A stretch of DNA of 64,000 bases from Syntrophaceae bacterium (GTDB taxonomy: Bacteria; Desulfobacterota; Syntrophia; Syntrophales; PHBD01). The stretch lies in NCBI GenBank assembly GCA_041310335.1, contig JBFYXW010000063.1, positions 7,079 through 71,078 on the forward strand, read 5' to 3'. A program made the translations under genes and the position numbers. Shown one piece after another: positions 1 through 8,344 of the stretch; within the stretch, counting starts at the first letter, position 1; each line of letters begins with the position of its first letter. The notes under the pieces are model-generated. The model saw only the letters and a program-made list of their open reading frames with translations. It searched no databases and was not told where the DNA came from.

Positions 1-476
1 GGAAGAGGCTCCCGAAGAGGGCGTCGTCGGCCAGGGACCCGGGACGGGCGTCCCCCCGGGAGACATCGGCCAGGTACGCGATCTGCATGAACGTGTAGAA
101 GCTGATGCCGAGGGGGGCGACGATCCCCAGCGGCGCGAGGGCGGTCCCCGCCAGGGCGCCCAGGTTGGCGAGGAAGAAGTCGGCGTACTTGAAGAACCCC
201 AGGAGAAGGAGGTTCACCGCCACGCCGAAAACCAGGAACCGGCGGCGCGCCGGTCCTTCCGCGGCGGCGATCCGGAGGGCCGCCCAGTGGTTGAATATCA
301 TGGAGAAAAGGAGAACCGGCAGGGCCCGCCACCCCCAGAGACCGTAGAAGAGCAGCGACGCCAGGGCGAGCCCGGTTTTGGCTTGTGAGGCCCACCCTTT
401 TCTGTTAAGGGTTGCCAGGACGACGAGGGTAAGGGGCAGGAAACACAGGATGAATGCGTAGGAATTGAAGAGCAAC
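1..476 (-). CDS. MBOAT-family membrane O-acyltransferase (AlgI/DltB/PatA-like), 5' part only; continues past the left edge
   Basis: Absent from the ORF track because there is no stop in the window. My reverse-strand translation from TTG at 476 reads LLFNSYAFILCFLPLTLVVLATL...GFFKYADFFLANL...APLGISFYTFMQIAYLADVSRG. It shows an MLFNS-type start, multi-TM hydrophobicity and the ISFYTFQxIxYxxDVxRG block typical of AlgI/DltB-type MBOATs. Confidence 0.8.
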
Positions 477-590
477 CGCGTTCCCCCTCCCTCGTTTTTA
501 CCGGGATCCCGGCACGGGCTCCCGTTCTCTATCACGGAAGATTCCCCGGCGCAACGAAAGCGCCGCGCCGGGACGGAAGGATTGCATCCC

Positions 591-2453
591 TTGTACCTCT
601 TGGGTCTGTCGGCCTTTTACCACGACTCCGCGGCGGCCTTGCTCGAAGACGGCCGTATCATTGCCGCCGCCCAGGAGGAGCGCTTCACGCGGAAGAAGCA
701 CGACCCGGGCTTCCCCGCCCAGGCCTCCCGCTTTTGCCTGGAGGAGGCCGGCATCGCCCTTTCGGACCTGGAGGCGGTCGTCTTCTACGACAAGCCCCTC
801 CTGAAATTCGAGCGCCTCCTGGAGACGTACTACGTCTTCGCCCCCCGGGGCCTGTCCTCCTTCCTGTCGGCCATCCCCGTCTGGATCAAGGAGAAGGTCT
901 TCCTCAAGCGCCTGATCCGGGAGGAGCTGGCGAAACTGGGCGACGGGAAGAGCCAGACGCCGCGGCTTCTTTTCACGGACCACCACCTGTCCCACGCCGC
1001 CAGCGCCTTCTACCCTTCCCCCTTCTGGGAATCGGCGATCCTCACCATCGACGGCGTCGGCGAGTGGGCCACCGCCTCCATCTGCCACGGGAAGGACCGG
1101 GAGATCACGGTCCTCAAGGAGATGGCCTTCCCCCACTCCGTGGGCCTCCTGTATTCCGCCTTCACCCATTACCTGGGGTTCCGGGTCAACTCGGGGGAAT
1201 ACAAGCTCATGGGGCTGGCTCCCTACGGGGATCCCACGTCGGAGCGGGTCCGGCGGTTCCGGGACCTGATCCTGGAACGGCTGGTGCACCTGAAGGAGGA
1301 CGGTTCCATCTGGCTCAACCAGGAGTACTTCGACTACGCCACGGGGCTCAGCATGGTGAAGGACGAGAAGTGGCTCGAGCTCTTCGGCGTGCCCCGCCGG
1401 CCCCCCGAGTCGGAGATCGAGCAGGTCCACGGGGACCTGGCCCTGGCGATCCAGCAGGTCACGGAGGAAATCGTCCTCAGGATGGCGAAGACGGCGAAAG
1501 ACCTGACGGGCGCCCGAACCCTGTGTCTCTCCGGCGGCGTGGCCCTCAACTGCGTGGCCAACGGGAAGCTCCTGAAGCAGGGGATCTTCGACGACCTGTG
1601 GATCCAGTCCGCCGCCGGCGACGCCGGGGGCGCCCTGGGGGCGGCCTGTGCGGCCTACCACATCTACTACGGGAAGGACCGCGTCCGGGAGGAAAGCGGC
1701 GACGCCATGCAGGGGGCCTACCTGGGGCCCGCCTACGGCGACGACGCCGTCCGGGCCGTGGCGAAGAAATTCGGCGGCGCCTTCACCCTCCACGGGGACG
1801 ACGATTCCCTCGTGAGGGAGATCGCGGCGGACCTCGCCGCGGGGAAGGCCGTGGGCTGGTTCCAGGGCCGCATGGAGTGGGGTCCCCGGGCCCTGGGGAA
1901 CCGGAGCATCCTGGGCGACGCCCGGAACAAGGACATGCAGCTCCGCCTCAACCTGAAGATCAAGTTCCGCGAGAGCTTCCGCCCCTTCGCCCCCTCGGTC
2001 CTGATGGAAGACCTGACGGAGTACTTCGACACCGACCGGCCCTCCCCCTACATGCTCCTCATCGCCGACGTGGTCGAGTCCCGGAGGAACCCCCACCCGG
2101 AGGGCTACCACGGGATGCCCATCAAGGACAAGCTCTACACCGTCCGCTCCGACGTCCCCGCCATCACCCACCTGGACTACACGGCCCGCCTCCAGACGGT
2201 TCACCGGGAGACGAACCCCCTGTACTGGATGCTCCTGAACGCCTTCAAGGAGCAGACGGGCTGCGGCGTCATCGTCAACACGAGTTTCAACGTCCGGGGG
2301 GAACCCATCGTCTGCAACCCCGAGGACGCCTACCGCTGCTTCATGCGGACCGACATGGACATCCTGGTGGTGAACCGCTTCGTCTTCCGCAAGGAGAACC
2401 AGCCTCCCTGGCGGGAGGAGCGGAACTGGCGCCAGGACCTCGTCCTGGACTGA
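591..2453 (+). CDS. NodU/CmcH/SxtI-type carbamoyltransferase
   Basis: ORF 465..2453. Family hallmark blocks present: LGLSAFYHDSAAALLEDGRIIAAAQEERFTRKKHD, HHLSHAASAFYPSPF, SGGVALNCVANG and the C-terminal NTSFNVRGEPIVC. I moved the start to in-frame TTG 591 (MYLLGLSAFYHD, with GGAAGGA 9 nt upstream). ATG 465 would overlap the divergent MBOAT start. Confidence 0.9.
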   Translation: MYLLGLSAFYHDSAAALLEDGRIIAAAQEERFTRKKHDPGFPAQASRFCLEEAGIALSDLEAVVFYDKPLLKFERLLETYYVFAPRGLSSFLSAIPVWIKEKVFLKRLIREELAKLGDGKSQTPRLLFTDHHLSHAASAFYPSPFWESAILTIDGVGEWATASICHGKDREITVLKEMAFPHSVGLLYSAFTHYLGFRVNSGEYKLMGLAPYGDPTSERVRRFRDLILERLVHLKEDGSIWLNQEYFDYATGLSMVKDEKWLELFGVPRRPPESEIEQVHGDLALAIQQVTEEIVLRMAKTAKDLTGARTLCLSGGVALNCVANGKLLKQGIFDDLWIQSAAGDAGGALGAACAAYHIYYGKDRVREESGDAMQGAYLGPAYGDDAVRAVAKKFGGAFTLHGDDDSLVREIAADLAAGKAVGWFQGRMEWGPRALGNRSILGDARNKDMQLRLNLKIKFRESFRPFAPSVLMEDLTEYFDTDRPSPYMLLIADVVESRRNPHPEGYHGMPIKDKLYTVRSDVPAITHLDYTARLQTVHRETNPLYWMLLNAFKEQTGCGVIVNTSFNVRGEPIVCNPEDAYRCFMRTDMDILVVNRFVFRKENQPPWREERNWRQDLVLD

Positions 2454-2459
2454 ACCGGG

Positions 2460-3491
2460 GTGCCGACCACCATGATCCCCTTCCTCGCCGCCGCCGCCGC
2501 GGTGCTTCTCGCCCTCGCCTTCATCGAAGCGGCCTACCGGTTCCTGGCCTGCCGCCCCGACCTCCTGGAGCGGTGCCCCCAGGGGATCATCAACAGCGTC
2601 GGCCACCTGTACGTCCAGGGCGGGGAGCGGCGGGTCATGCAGTTCCTGCCCGACTGCGGCCGTCACGACCCCGAACTGGGCTATACGCTGAACCCCGGCA
2701 CCTTCGTCTATTCCGGCCGGGAGTTCGAGAACCGCTACGAGATCAACAGCCTGGGCGTCCGGGACGACGAGGAGTCCCTCCGGGCCCCGGAGATCGTCGT
2801 CCTGGGAGACTCCTTCGCCGTGGGCTGGGGCGTGGACCGGGAAGACATGTTCTCCCAGATCCTGGAGCGGGAGACGGGCATGGAGGTCCTCAACACCGCC
2901 GTCCCCTCCTTTGGTACCGTCCGGGAGATGATGATCCTTCGCAAAGTACCCCGGGAGCGCCTGAAGTTCCTCGTCATCCAGTACTGCCAGGACGATTATG
3001 ACGAAAACCTGCGCTTCTTCCGGAACGGCAATCGCCTGCAGGTCATGGGGGAGGAGACCTTCCGGCGCCTGACGGCCTTCCACAGCCGCCCGAACCCGTA
3101 TTTCTTCGGGAAGTACCTGGGGATGAAGGCCCAAAAAAGGGTTGACGAATGGGGGGGCCGCCTGCGAAAGAGGACTTCCCCGCCACCGCCGGAAGCGGAC
3201 GAGGTGGATTTGTTCCTTCACGCCCTCCTGCACGGGGGCGTCGACCTCTCGGGGGTCCGGATCGTCACCTTCGAGATGAACGGCCGGCACCAGTCCAACG
3301 CCTTCACGCTCCGCCTCCGGGAGAAGCTCCGGGCGGGGTCCTGGCCGGAGGAGATCCGGCGGATGACCGTTCTGGACATGACGGAGCGCCTGGAGGACCG
3401 GCACTTCTACATCCTCGACGACCACCTGAAGAAGGAAGGGCACGCCGTCGTCGCCCGGGTGATCCTCGAGACGATCCGGAACGAAGCCTAG
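2460..3491 (+). CDS. Membrane-anchored SGNH/GDSL-family hydrolase (AlgJ/AlgX/PatB-like O-acetyl esterase or transferase)
   Basis: N-terminal TM helix (IPFLAAAAAVLLALAFI). Block I is VVLGDSFAVGWGV. The C-terminal ILDDHLKKEGH supplies the Asp/His pair. It starts 6 nt after the carbamoyltransferase stop. The start is GTG 2460 or ATG 2472. Confidence 0.7.
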   Translation: MPTTMIPFLAAAAAVLLALAFIEAAYRFLACRPDLLERCPQGIINSVGHLYVQGGERRVMQFLPDCGRHDPELGYTLNPGTFVYSGREFENRYEINSLGVRDDEESLRAPEIVVLGDSFAVGWGVDREDMFSQILERETGMEVLNTAVPSFGTVREMMILRKVPRERLKFLVIQYCQDDYDENLRFFRNGNRLQVMGEETFRRLTAFHSRPNPYFFGKYLGMKAQKRVDEWGGRLRKRTSPPPPEADEVDLFLHALLHGGVDLSGVRIVTFEMNGRHQSNAFTLRLREKLRAGSWPEEIRRMTVLDMTERLEDRHFYILDDHLKKEGHAVVARVILETIRNEA

Positions 3492-3540
3492 GAAAAACGG
3501 TCTGTTGCGGGGTCCCGGGCGGGGCGCCCGCGGGGGAAGC

Positions 3541-3687
3541 ATGGAAATCCTGAAAGACATGTGGATGTTCCTCCGGGAACGGAAAAAGTGGTGGCTCCTG
3601 CCCATGATCGTGCTCTTGCTCCTCATGGGCGTCCTGATCCTGACAAGCGGCTCCGCCGTGGCGCCGTTCATCTACACCCTGTTCTGA
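3541..3687 (+). CDS. DUF5989 / SxtK-like small single-TM protein
   Basis: MEILKDMWMFLRERKKWWLLPMIVLLLLMGVLILTSGSAVAPFIYTLF (48 aa). I recognise the KKWWLLP...APFIYTLF signature from the small peptides found beside carbamoyltransferases. ATG 3541 has a GGGGGAAG RBS. The track ORF starts earlier, at 3505. Confidence 0.75.
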   Translation: MEILKDMWMFLRERKKWWLLPMIVLLLLMGVLILTSGSAVAPFIYTLF

Positions 3688-3699
3688 GGCGGGAGGGGC

Positions 3700-4080
3700 A
3701 TGGAACCGAAACCGCTGGACCGGCTGGGAATCTTTCAGACGATCCACGTCCTTGTGCTGGCGCTCCTGATCGCTTTCCTGATCTTCGGCAGCCGCTGGCT
3801 CCTGTGGTCGGCGGTCGCGCTCGCGGCGGCGAACACCTTCGAGAACCGCCTGACGACCTGGATCGCCCGGGGCTGGCTCGCCTTCGCCCACCGGATCGGG
3901 GGGATCAACTCGCGGATCCTCCTCACGCTGATCTTCTTCCTCTTTCTGACACCCATCGCGGCGCTCTACCGCGTCTTCAACCGCACCCTGGTGGACCACT
4001 TCCTCAAGGACGGCCGCGACAGCACGTTCCAGGAGCGGAACCACCGCTGGGAACCGGCGGACTTCGAGAAAATCTGGTAG
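3700..4080 (+). CDS. SxtJ-family membrane protein
   Basis: 126 aa with about 4 hydrophobic segments (VLVLALLIAFLIFG, LLWSAVALAAA, ILLTLIFFLFLTPIAALY). It sits directly after the DUF5989 peptide, as in SxtI-SxtJ-SxtK type arrangements. The assignment rests on recognition and context, not on a search. Confidence 0.7.
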   Translation: MEPKPLDRLGIFQTIHVLVLALLIAFLIFGSRWLLWSAVALAAANTFENRLTTWIARGWLAFAHRIGGINSRILLTLIFFLFLTPIAALYRVFNRTLVDHFLKDGRDSTFQERNHRWEPADFEKIW

Positions 4081-4089
4081 GAACTCTTC

Positions 4090-4866
4090 ATGGGAACGGC
4101 GGCCAACCGGCTTTACCACATCCGCAAATTCTTCAAGATGCTCCGCACGGGGAAGAAGGCCCCCGACGACTACGACTGGCAGTTCTACTCCGACATCTAC
4201 CGGGAGGGACTGGAAGACATCGCCCGGGACCACACCCTGGTCCTCCGGGAGGGGGACTACGCCTTCGACAGCGAGCGCCTCATTCTCCGGCGGGACATCA
4301 AGCCCCTCCACCCGAACTACCACATCGCCTACGAGACGCTCCTCCAGCTGTCCCCGGAGTCGATCCTCGAGGGGGGCTGCGGCGGCGGGGACCACCTGCA
4401 CAACCTGAGCGTCCTTTTCCCCCGGTTCCGCCTGCACGGAGTCGACGTTTCCCAGGGCCAGGTGGACCTCCTCCGGAAGCGGCACCCGGACCTCAAGGCC
4501 TGGGTCGAGCCCCGGGACCTGACGGCGGAGCCGGGAACGATCGCGCTGCCCACCGTCGAGGCGGCCTTCACCCAGGCGGTGATCATGCACATCCGGCAGA
4601 ACCACAAAAACGCCCTGGCAAACCTCTTCGGGGCGGCGACCCGCTGGTTCGTCCTCGTGGAGAACTGGAAGCGCCACGACTTCCTGGACGATATCCGGGC
4701 CCTTCACCGGGAGGGGAGGATCCCCTGGAAGGAGATCCACGTTCACTACCGGGAGTCGACCATGCTGGGGATCCCCCTGGCCATGGTGGTCTCGGCGGAA
4801 CCCCTCCCCCGCTACCCGGTGCTGACGGATTACCGGACCCTTCGCGACGTCATCGCCGGCGTCTGA
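4090..4866 (+). CDS. Class I SAM-dependent methyltransferase
   Basis: SAM motif I is ILEGGCGGGDHL, followed by an acidic loop (RLHGVDVS). 258 aa. 9 nt after the SxtJ-like stop. Confidence 0.7.
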   Translation: MGTAANRLYHIRKFFKMLRTGKKAPDDYDWQFYSDIYREGLEDIARDHTLVLREGDYAFDSERLILRRDIKPLHPNYHIAYETLLQLSPESILEGGCGGGDHLHNLSVLFPRFRLHGVDVSQGQVDLLRKRHPDLKAWVEPRDLTAEPGTIALPTVEAAFTQAVIMHIRQNHKNALANLFGAATRWFVLVENWKRHDFLDDIRALHREGRIPWKEIHVHYRESTMLGIPLAMVVSAEPLPRYPVLTDYRTLRDVIAGV

Positions 4867-4894
4867 GGGACCGGCTGACTGGAAGGACATCCCC

Positions 4895-5809
4895 GTGAAG
4901 ACCCCTGACCCGATCGAGCGGCTGACCTCCGGCGGGACGTTCTCCTTCCGGAGGCTCGACATCACCGGCATCGACAACGAGCCCGTCTTCCGGGTGAACG
5001 ACCCGAGGATGGCACGGGAAGAGACCTGCCTCTTCCACCGGGACACCCCCTCCGGGGACGCCTACGTGCAGCGCCTCGGGAACCGGGTCGCCGAGGCCGT
5101 GGCCCGCCGCATGCCGCTGCCGGTGGTCCGCTTTGCCGACGGCGAGTACGCCTTCTACCACTTCGACCTGGCCTGCAACGGCCTCTACCAGCAGGCCGAG
5201 TCGAAGGCCACCATCCGGGAGGCCCTTCCCATGCACGCGGCGGCCCTCCGGGAACTCGCCCGGACGGGCCTGATCGCCCCCCTCGTCTTCCCCGGCAATG
5301 TCGAAGGGAGAGTCTCCGGCTGGAAGGCCCTCTTCCAGCGCCGCCGCCCCTCGGCGACGACCTTTCTCCGCTGGCTGGAGGAGGCGGACGTCCTCCTGAC
5401 CGGCGAAAACTACGTCCCCTTCTACGCCGTCTACGCCTACTTCTCCTCCGCGTCCTTCGCCCGCCTGATGGACGGCCGCCGCCTGGCCATCCTCAACTCC
5501 GACAGCGACGGCCCCGCCTGCGCCCGCTGGTTCGAGGGGCACGGAAGCCGGCCGCGGATCGAGCTGGTCGAGATCCCCAACAGCTATGTAGCCACCCGCT
5601 GGAACGACATGAAGGAGGACGTCCTGGGCCGGGTCCCACCGGGGATGGACCTGCTTCTCGTGGGGGCGGGCATCGGCGCCCTCCCGGTCTGCGTGGACGT
5701 GGCCCGCCGCTTCGGCATTCCCGTCGTCGACGCGGGGCACGTCCTGAACATGATGAACGACCGGGTGGACAAGTCCAACGGGGCGAGGCTGTACACATTG
5801 TGGAAATAA
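4895..5809 (+). CDS. Hypothetical protein, possibly a GT-D/DUF1792-like glycosyltransferase
   Basis: GTG start with GGAAGGA 7 nt upstream, and GC3-rich codon usage. VVRFADGEYAFY resembles the R-x-GDGE motif of DUF1792 (GT-D) enzymes. The functional call is weak. Confidence 0.45.
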   Translation: MKTPDPIERLTSGGTFSFRRLDITGIDNEPVFRVNDPRMAREETCLFHRDTPSGDAYVQRLGNRVAEAVARRMPLPVVRFADGEYAFYHFDLACNGLYQQAESKATIREALPMHAAALRELARTGLIAPLVFPGNVEGRVSGWKALFQRRRPSATTFLRWLEEADVLLTGENYVPFYAVYAYFSSASFARLMDGRRLAILNSDSDGPACARWFEGHGSRPRIELVEIPNSYVATRWNDMKEDVLGRVPPGMDLLLVGAGIGALPVCVDVARRFGIPVVDAGHVLNMMNDRVDKSNGARLYTLWK

Positions 5810-5861
5810 TGGATCAAACCGGGTTGCTTCGCTCGATTCCACCGCCGGGGCGGACCGGGGG

Positions 5862-5988
5862 CGGGGGCTGTCACGGGGGTTCCCGCCGTCGCGGAGACTT
5901 TTCCGCGGAGCGCAGGGCACAATCGAATGTCCATCCGGATGGAAAAGTCTCCCAATTGCTCCTCTGGGAACCCCCGGCCGCGCCCCCG
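5862..5988 (+). repeat. Copy A of a roughly 125-bp structured intergenic repeat (partner at 22780..22907, minus)
   Basis: By-eye alignment to the reverse complement of 22780..22907. The shared 5' block is CGGGGGCTGTCACGGGGG. There is a 12-bp stem (GGAGACTTTTCC 5893-5904 with GGAAAAGTCTCC 5941-5952). The shared 3' block is GATGGAAA.G..TCCCAAT....C.TCTGG.AACCCCCG.CCGCGCC.CCG. The element ends about 50 nt before the ATG at 6041. Confidence 0.7.
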
Positions 5989-6040
5989 CGGGTATCCCCG
6001 ATAATCCAGTCCCGATGATCCAGGCCGGCGGAGGCCACCC

Positions 6041-7219
6041 ATGACCGACCCCTACCGGACACTCAGAAACCGCCTCTGGCGGTGGCGGAACGACCGGCGG
6101 CTTGTCCGGGAGGCGGAGGAGTACTCTGCCCGCTTTGCCAGCCTGGGCCTGAGGGTCCCCGACGAATCCGAACTCCGCAGGACCTTCGAGGATCGCTTCC
6201 CGGGTCTCCGGCCGCAACCGAAGGGCTCCCTCCACATCCTCGCCGTCTACCGGAACTTCAACTGGGAGGACGAAGCCCTGACTCCGTCGCTGGCCGCCTT
6301 CGGGCCGGTCCACCGCTACGACTGGTCGGGCCGGTTCGATGCGGCGGGCGACGCCTGGCACGGAGGCGTGAAGGCCGCCATGAACCGGGACCTCCTCGCC
6401 TGGATCGGGGAGAGGCGGCAGGCCGGAGAGGCCGACGCGATCTTTTTCTACCTGTCGGGCGGGCAGGTCTTTCCCGAGACGATGGAAGCCGTTTCCCGCC
6501 TGGGCATCCCCACCGTCAACCTGGCCCTCAATGACAAGGAGGGCTTCGTCGGGCGGATCCGGGGCGGCCGGGCCGAGGGCAACCGGGACATCTGCCGCTG
6601 GATCGACCTCTCGTGGACGAGCACCGCCGACGCCCCGGTCAAATACTGCGTCGAGGGGGGACGGCCGATCTATCTGCCTGAAGGGGCAACCCCCTCCGTT
6701 CACCATCCCTGCGAGGCAGAAAAGACCATCGACGTCTCCTTCGTCGGCCAGCGCTACGGGAACCGGCCCGCCGTCGTCGACCACCTGCGGCGGCAGGGCA
6801 TCGCCGTGGAGGCCTTCGGCCCCGGCTGGCCCGCGGGGCCGCTGCCGGTGGAGGAAATGGTGAAGCTGTACTCCCGGAGCCGGATCAACCTCGGTTTCGG
6901 GGGCGTCGTGGGCCACACGGACACGTTCTGCCTGAAAGGCCGGGACTTCGAGATTCCCCTGAGCGGCGGGCTTTACCTGACGGAAGATCACCCGGAACTC
7001 TCCCGGGCTTACGAGATCGGGCGGGAAATCGTCACCTGGAAAAGCCTGGACGACCTGACGGAAAAGGTCCGCCATCTCCTGGCCCACCCGGAGGAGGCGG
7101 AGGAGATCCGGCGCCGGGGCTTCGCTCGGGCCCGGCGCGACCACACCTGGGAACGGCGCCTCGACAGGGTGTTTTCGCTCCTGGGAGTCCTGGATGCGAA
7201 GGAGGAAGGAAAGTCATGA
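6041..7219 (+). CDS. CgeB-family / DUF3880-type glycosyltransferase-like protein
   Basis: 392 aa. The C-terminal region SRINLGFGG...KGRDFEIPLSGGLYLTEDHPEL...EEIRRRGFARARRDHTWERRL matches the CgeB / Glyco_trans_1_2 pattern I know. Confidence 0.65.
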   Translation: MTDPYRTLRNRLWRWRNDRRLVREAEEYSARFASLGLRVPDESELRRTFEDRFPGLRPQPKGSLHILAVYRNFNWEDEALTPSLAAFGPVHRYDWSGRFDAAGDAWHGGVKAAMNRDLLAWIGERRQAGEADAIFFYLSGGQVFPETMEAVSRLGIPTVNLALNDKEGFVGRIRGGRAEGNRDICRWIDLSWTSTADAPVKYCVEGGRPIYLPEGATPSVHHPCEAEKTIDVSFVGQRYGNRPAVVDHLRRQGIAVEAFGPGWPAGPLPVEEMVKLYSRSRINLGFGGVVGHTDTFCLKGRDFEIPLSGGLYLTEDHPELSRAYEIGREIVTWKSLDDLTEKVRHLLAHPEEAEEIRRRGFARARRDHTWERRLDRVFSLLGVLDAKEEGKS

Positions 7220-8325
7220 CACCCCTCTCACGGAGCAGAGCGGCAGGGAGGGAAGGGCGTGCGGGGGCGTCGATGGCGAGGCCGTTTTTTGCGCTCCTGC
7301 TCCTTGCGCTGCTGCTGGCCTGCCTTCCGACGACCGCCCGGGCCGACGGGGAACTCCGGTTCGCCGACCTGGGCGAATGCCCCCTGGAAAACGGCCAGGT
7401 GATCCGGGACTGCCGGCTGGGATACCGCACCTTCGGCACCCTCAACCCGGAGAAGTCCAACGCGGTGCTGTTCCCGACGTGGCTCGCCGGGACGACCCGG
7501 GATCTGGCGGACCTCGAATTCATCGGCCCCGGGAAAATGGCCGACAGCACGAAGCATTTCGTCATCGCCGTGGAGGCCTTCGGCAACGGCGTCTCCTCGT
7601 CGCCGTCCAACAGCGAGTCCCAGCCGGGCGAGCGCTTCCCCCGCTTCACGATCCGGGATCTCGTGGCCGCCCAGGACCGGCTCATCACCCACCACCTGGG
7701 CCTGCACCGGCTGCAGGGGGTCATGGGCATCTCCATGGGCGCCCTTGCGGCCCTGCAGTGGACCGTGAGCCACCCCGAGATCCTGGGCTGGGCCGTCTCC
7801 ATCGTCGGCTCTCCCCGGCTGACCTCCTACGACCTGCTCCTCTGGCAGGCGCAGCTTAGCGCCGTCGCCTCCACCCGGGGCGGGGCGGGGGGAGGCCTCA
7901 AGGCCATGAAGACGATCGCGGCGATCCACAACCTCCACGCCTGGACCCCCGGGAACCTGAACGCCCGCATACCCCCGGAGGCCTTTCCCCGGTTCCTGGC
8001 GGAAGCGGAGAAAAGCCTCTCGCAGTACGATGCCGAGAACTGGGCGTCCCAGGTCGAGGCGATCACGAGCCACGACATTTGCCGGGCCGCCGGGAAGTCG
8101 GCGGAGGAAACAGCGCGGCTTGTGACGACGAGGAACCTCGTGATCTGGGCGAAAGAGGACCGGATGGTCCAGCCCGGGCCGGCCCGGGAATGGGCCCGGC
8201 TCACGGGCGCGGAGACGCTGGAGCTGGCCGGTGACTGCGGCCACTTCGCCTTCCTGTGCGAACGCGGGGAAATCGGGGCGGCCGTGGAGCGGTTCCTGTC
8301 GGCGAAGCGGGGCGGCACAAACTGA
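7216..8325 (+). CDS. Secreted alpha/beta hydrolase of the MetX (homoserine O-acetyltransferase) family
   Basis: ATGA overlap with the upstream stop, and an AGGAGGAAGGA RBS. Signal-peptide-like FFALLLLALLLACLPTTARA. MetX-like LENGQVIRDCRLGYRTFGTLNPEKSNAVLFPTWLAG, and the nucleophile elbow GISMGALAALQW. An alternative start is ATG 7273. Confidence 0.75.
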   Translation: MTPLSRSRAAGREGRAGASMARPFFALLLLALLLACLPTTARADGELRFADLGECPLENGQVIRDCRLGYRTFGTLNPEKSNAVLFPTWLAGTTRDLADLEFIGPGKMADSTKHFVIAVEAFGNGVSSSPSNSESQPGERFPRFTIRDLVAAQDRLITHHLGLHRLQGVMGISMGALAALQWTVSHPEILGWAVSIVGSPRLTSYDLLLWQAQLSAVASTRGGAGGGLKAMKTIAAIHNLHAWTPGNLNARIPPEAFPRFLAEAEKSLSQYDAENWASQVEAITSHDICRAAGKSAEETARLVTTRNLVIWAKEDRMVQPGPAREWARLTGAETLELAGDCGHFAFLCERGEIGAAVERFLSAKRGGTN

Positions 8326-8344
8326 AACGGGGTGCGGTATCCCC

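Noticed and set aside
498-3671. Very long ORFs on the opposite strand or in alternative frames of real genes. Examples: 498..3671(-), 734..3001(+), 4850..7144(-), 29489..33022(+), 38767..41001(-), 41830..44823(-), 44926..47346(-), 51190..54123(+), 56329..58131(+), 60714..62201(-).
   Set aside because: Their translations are Arg/Pro/Gly/Ala-rich low-complexity strings with no motifs, and each fully overlaps a gene with clear family signatures in another frame. This is the typical stop-codon-poor shadow ORF of high-GC DNA.
5800-6018. Small ORFs 5800..6018(+) and 22847..23032(-) that share a GGCHGG peptide, which could be read as a conserved micro-protein
   Set aside because: The similarity comes from the nucleotide repeat (copies A and B). 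The two frames diverge and terminate at different points. The unalignable central part and the paired arms fit a structural element, not a coding one.
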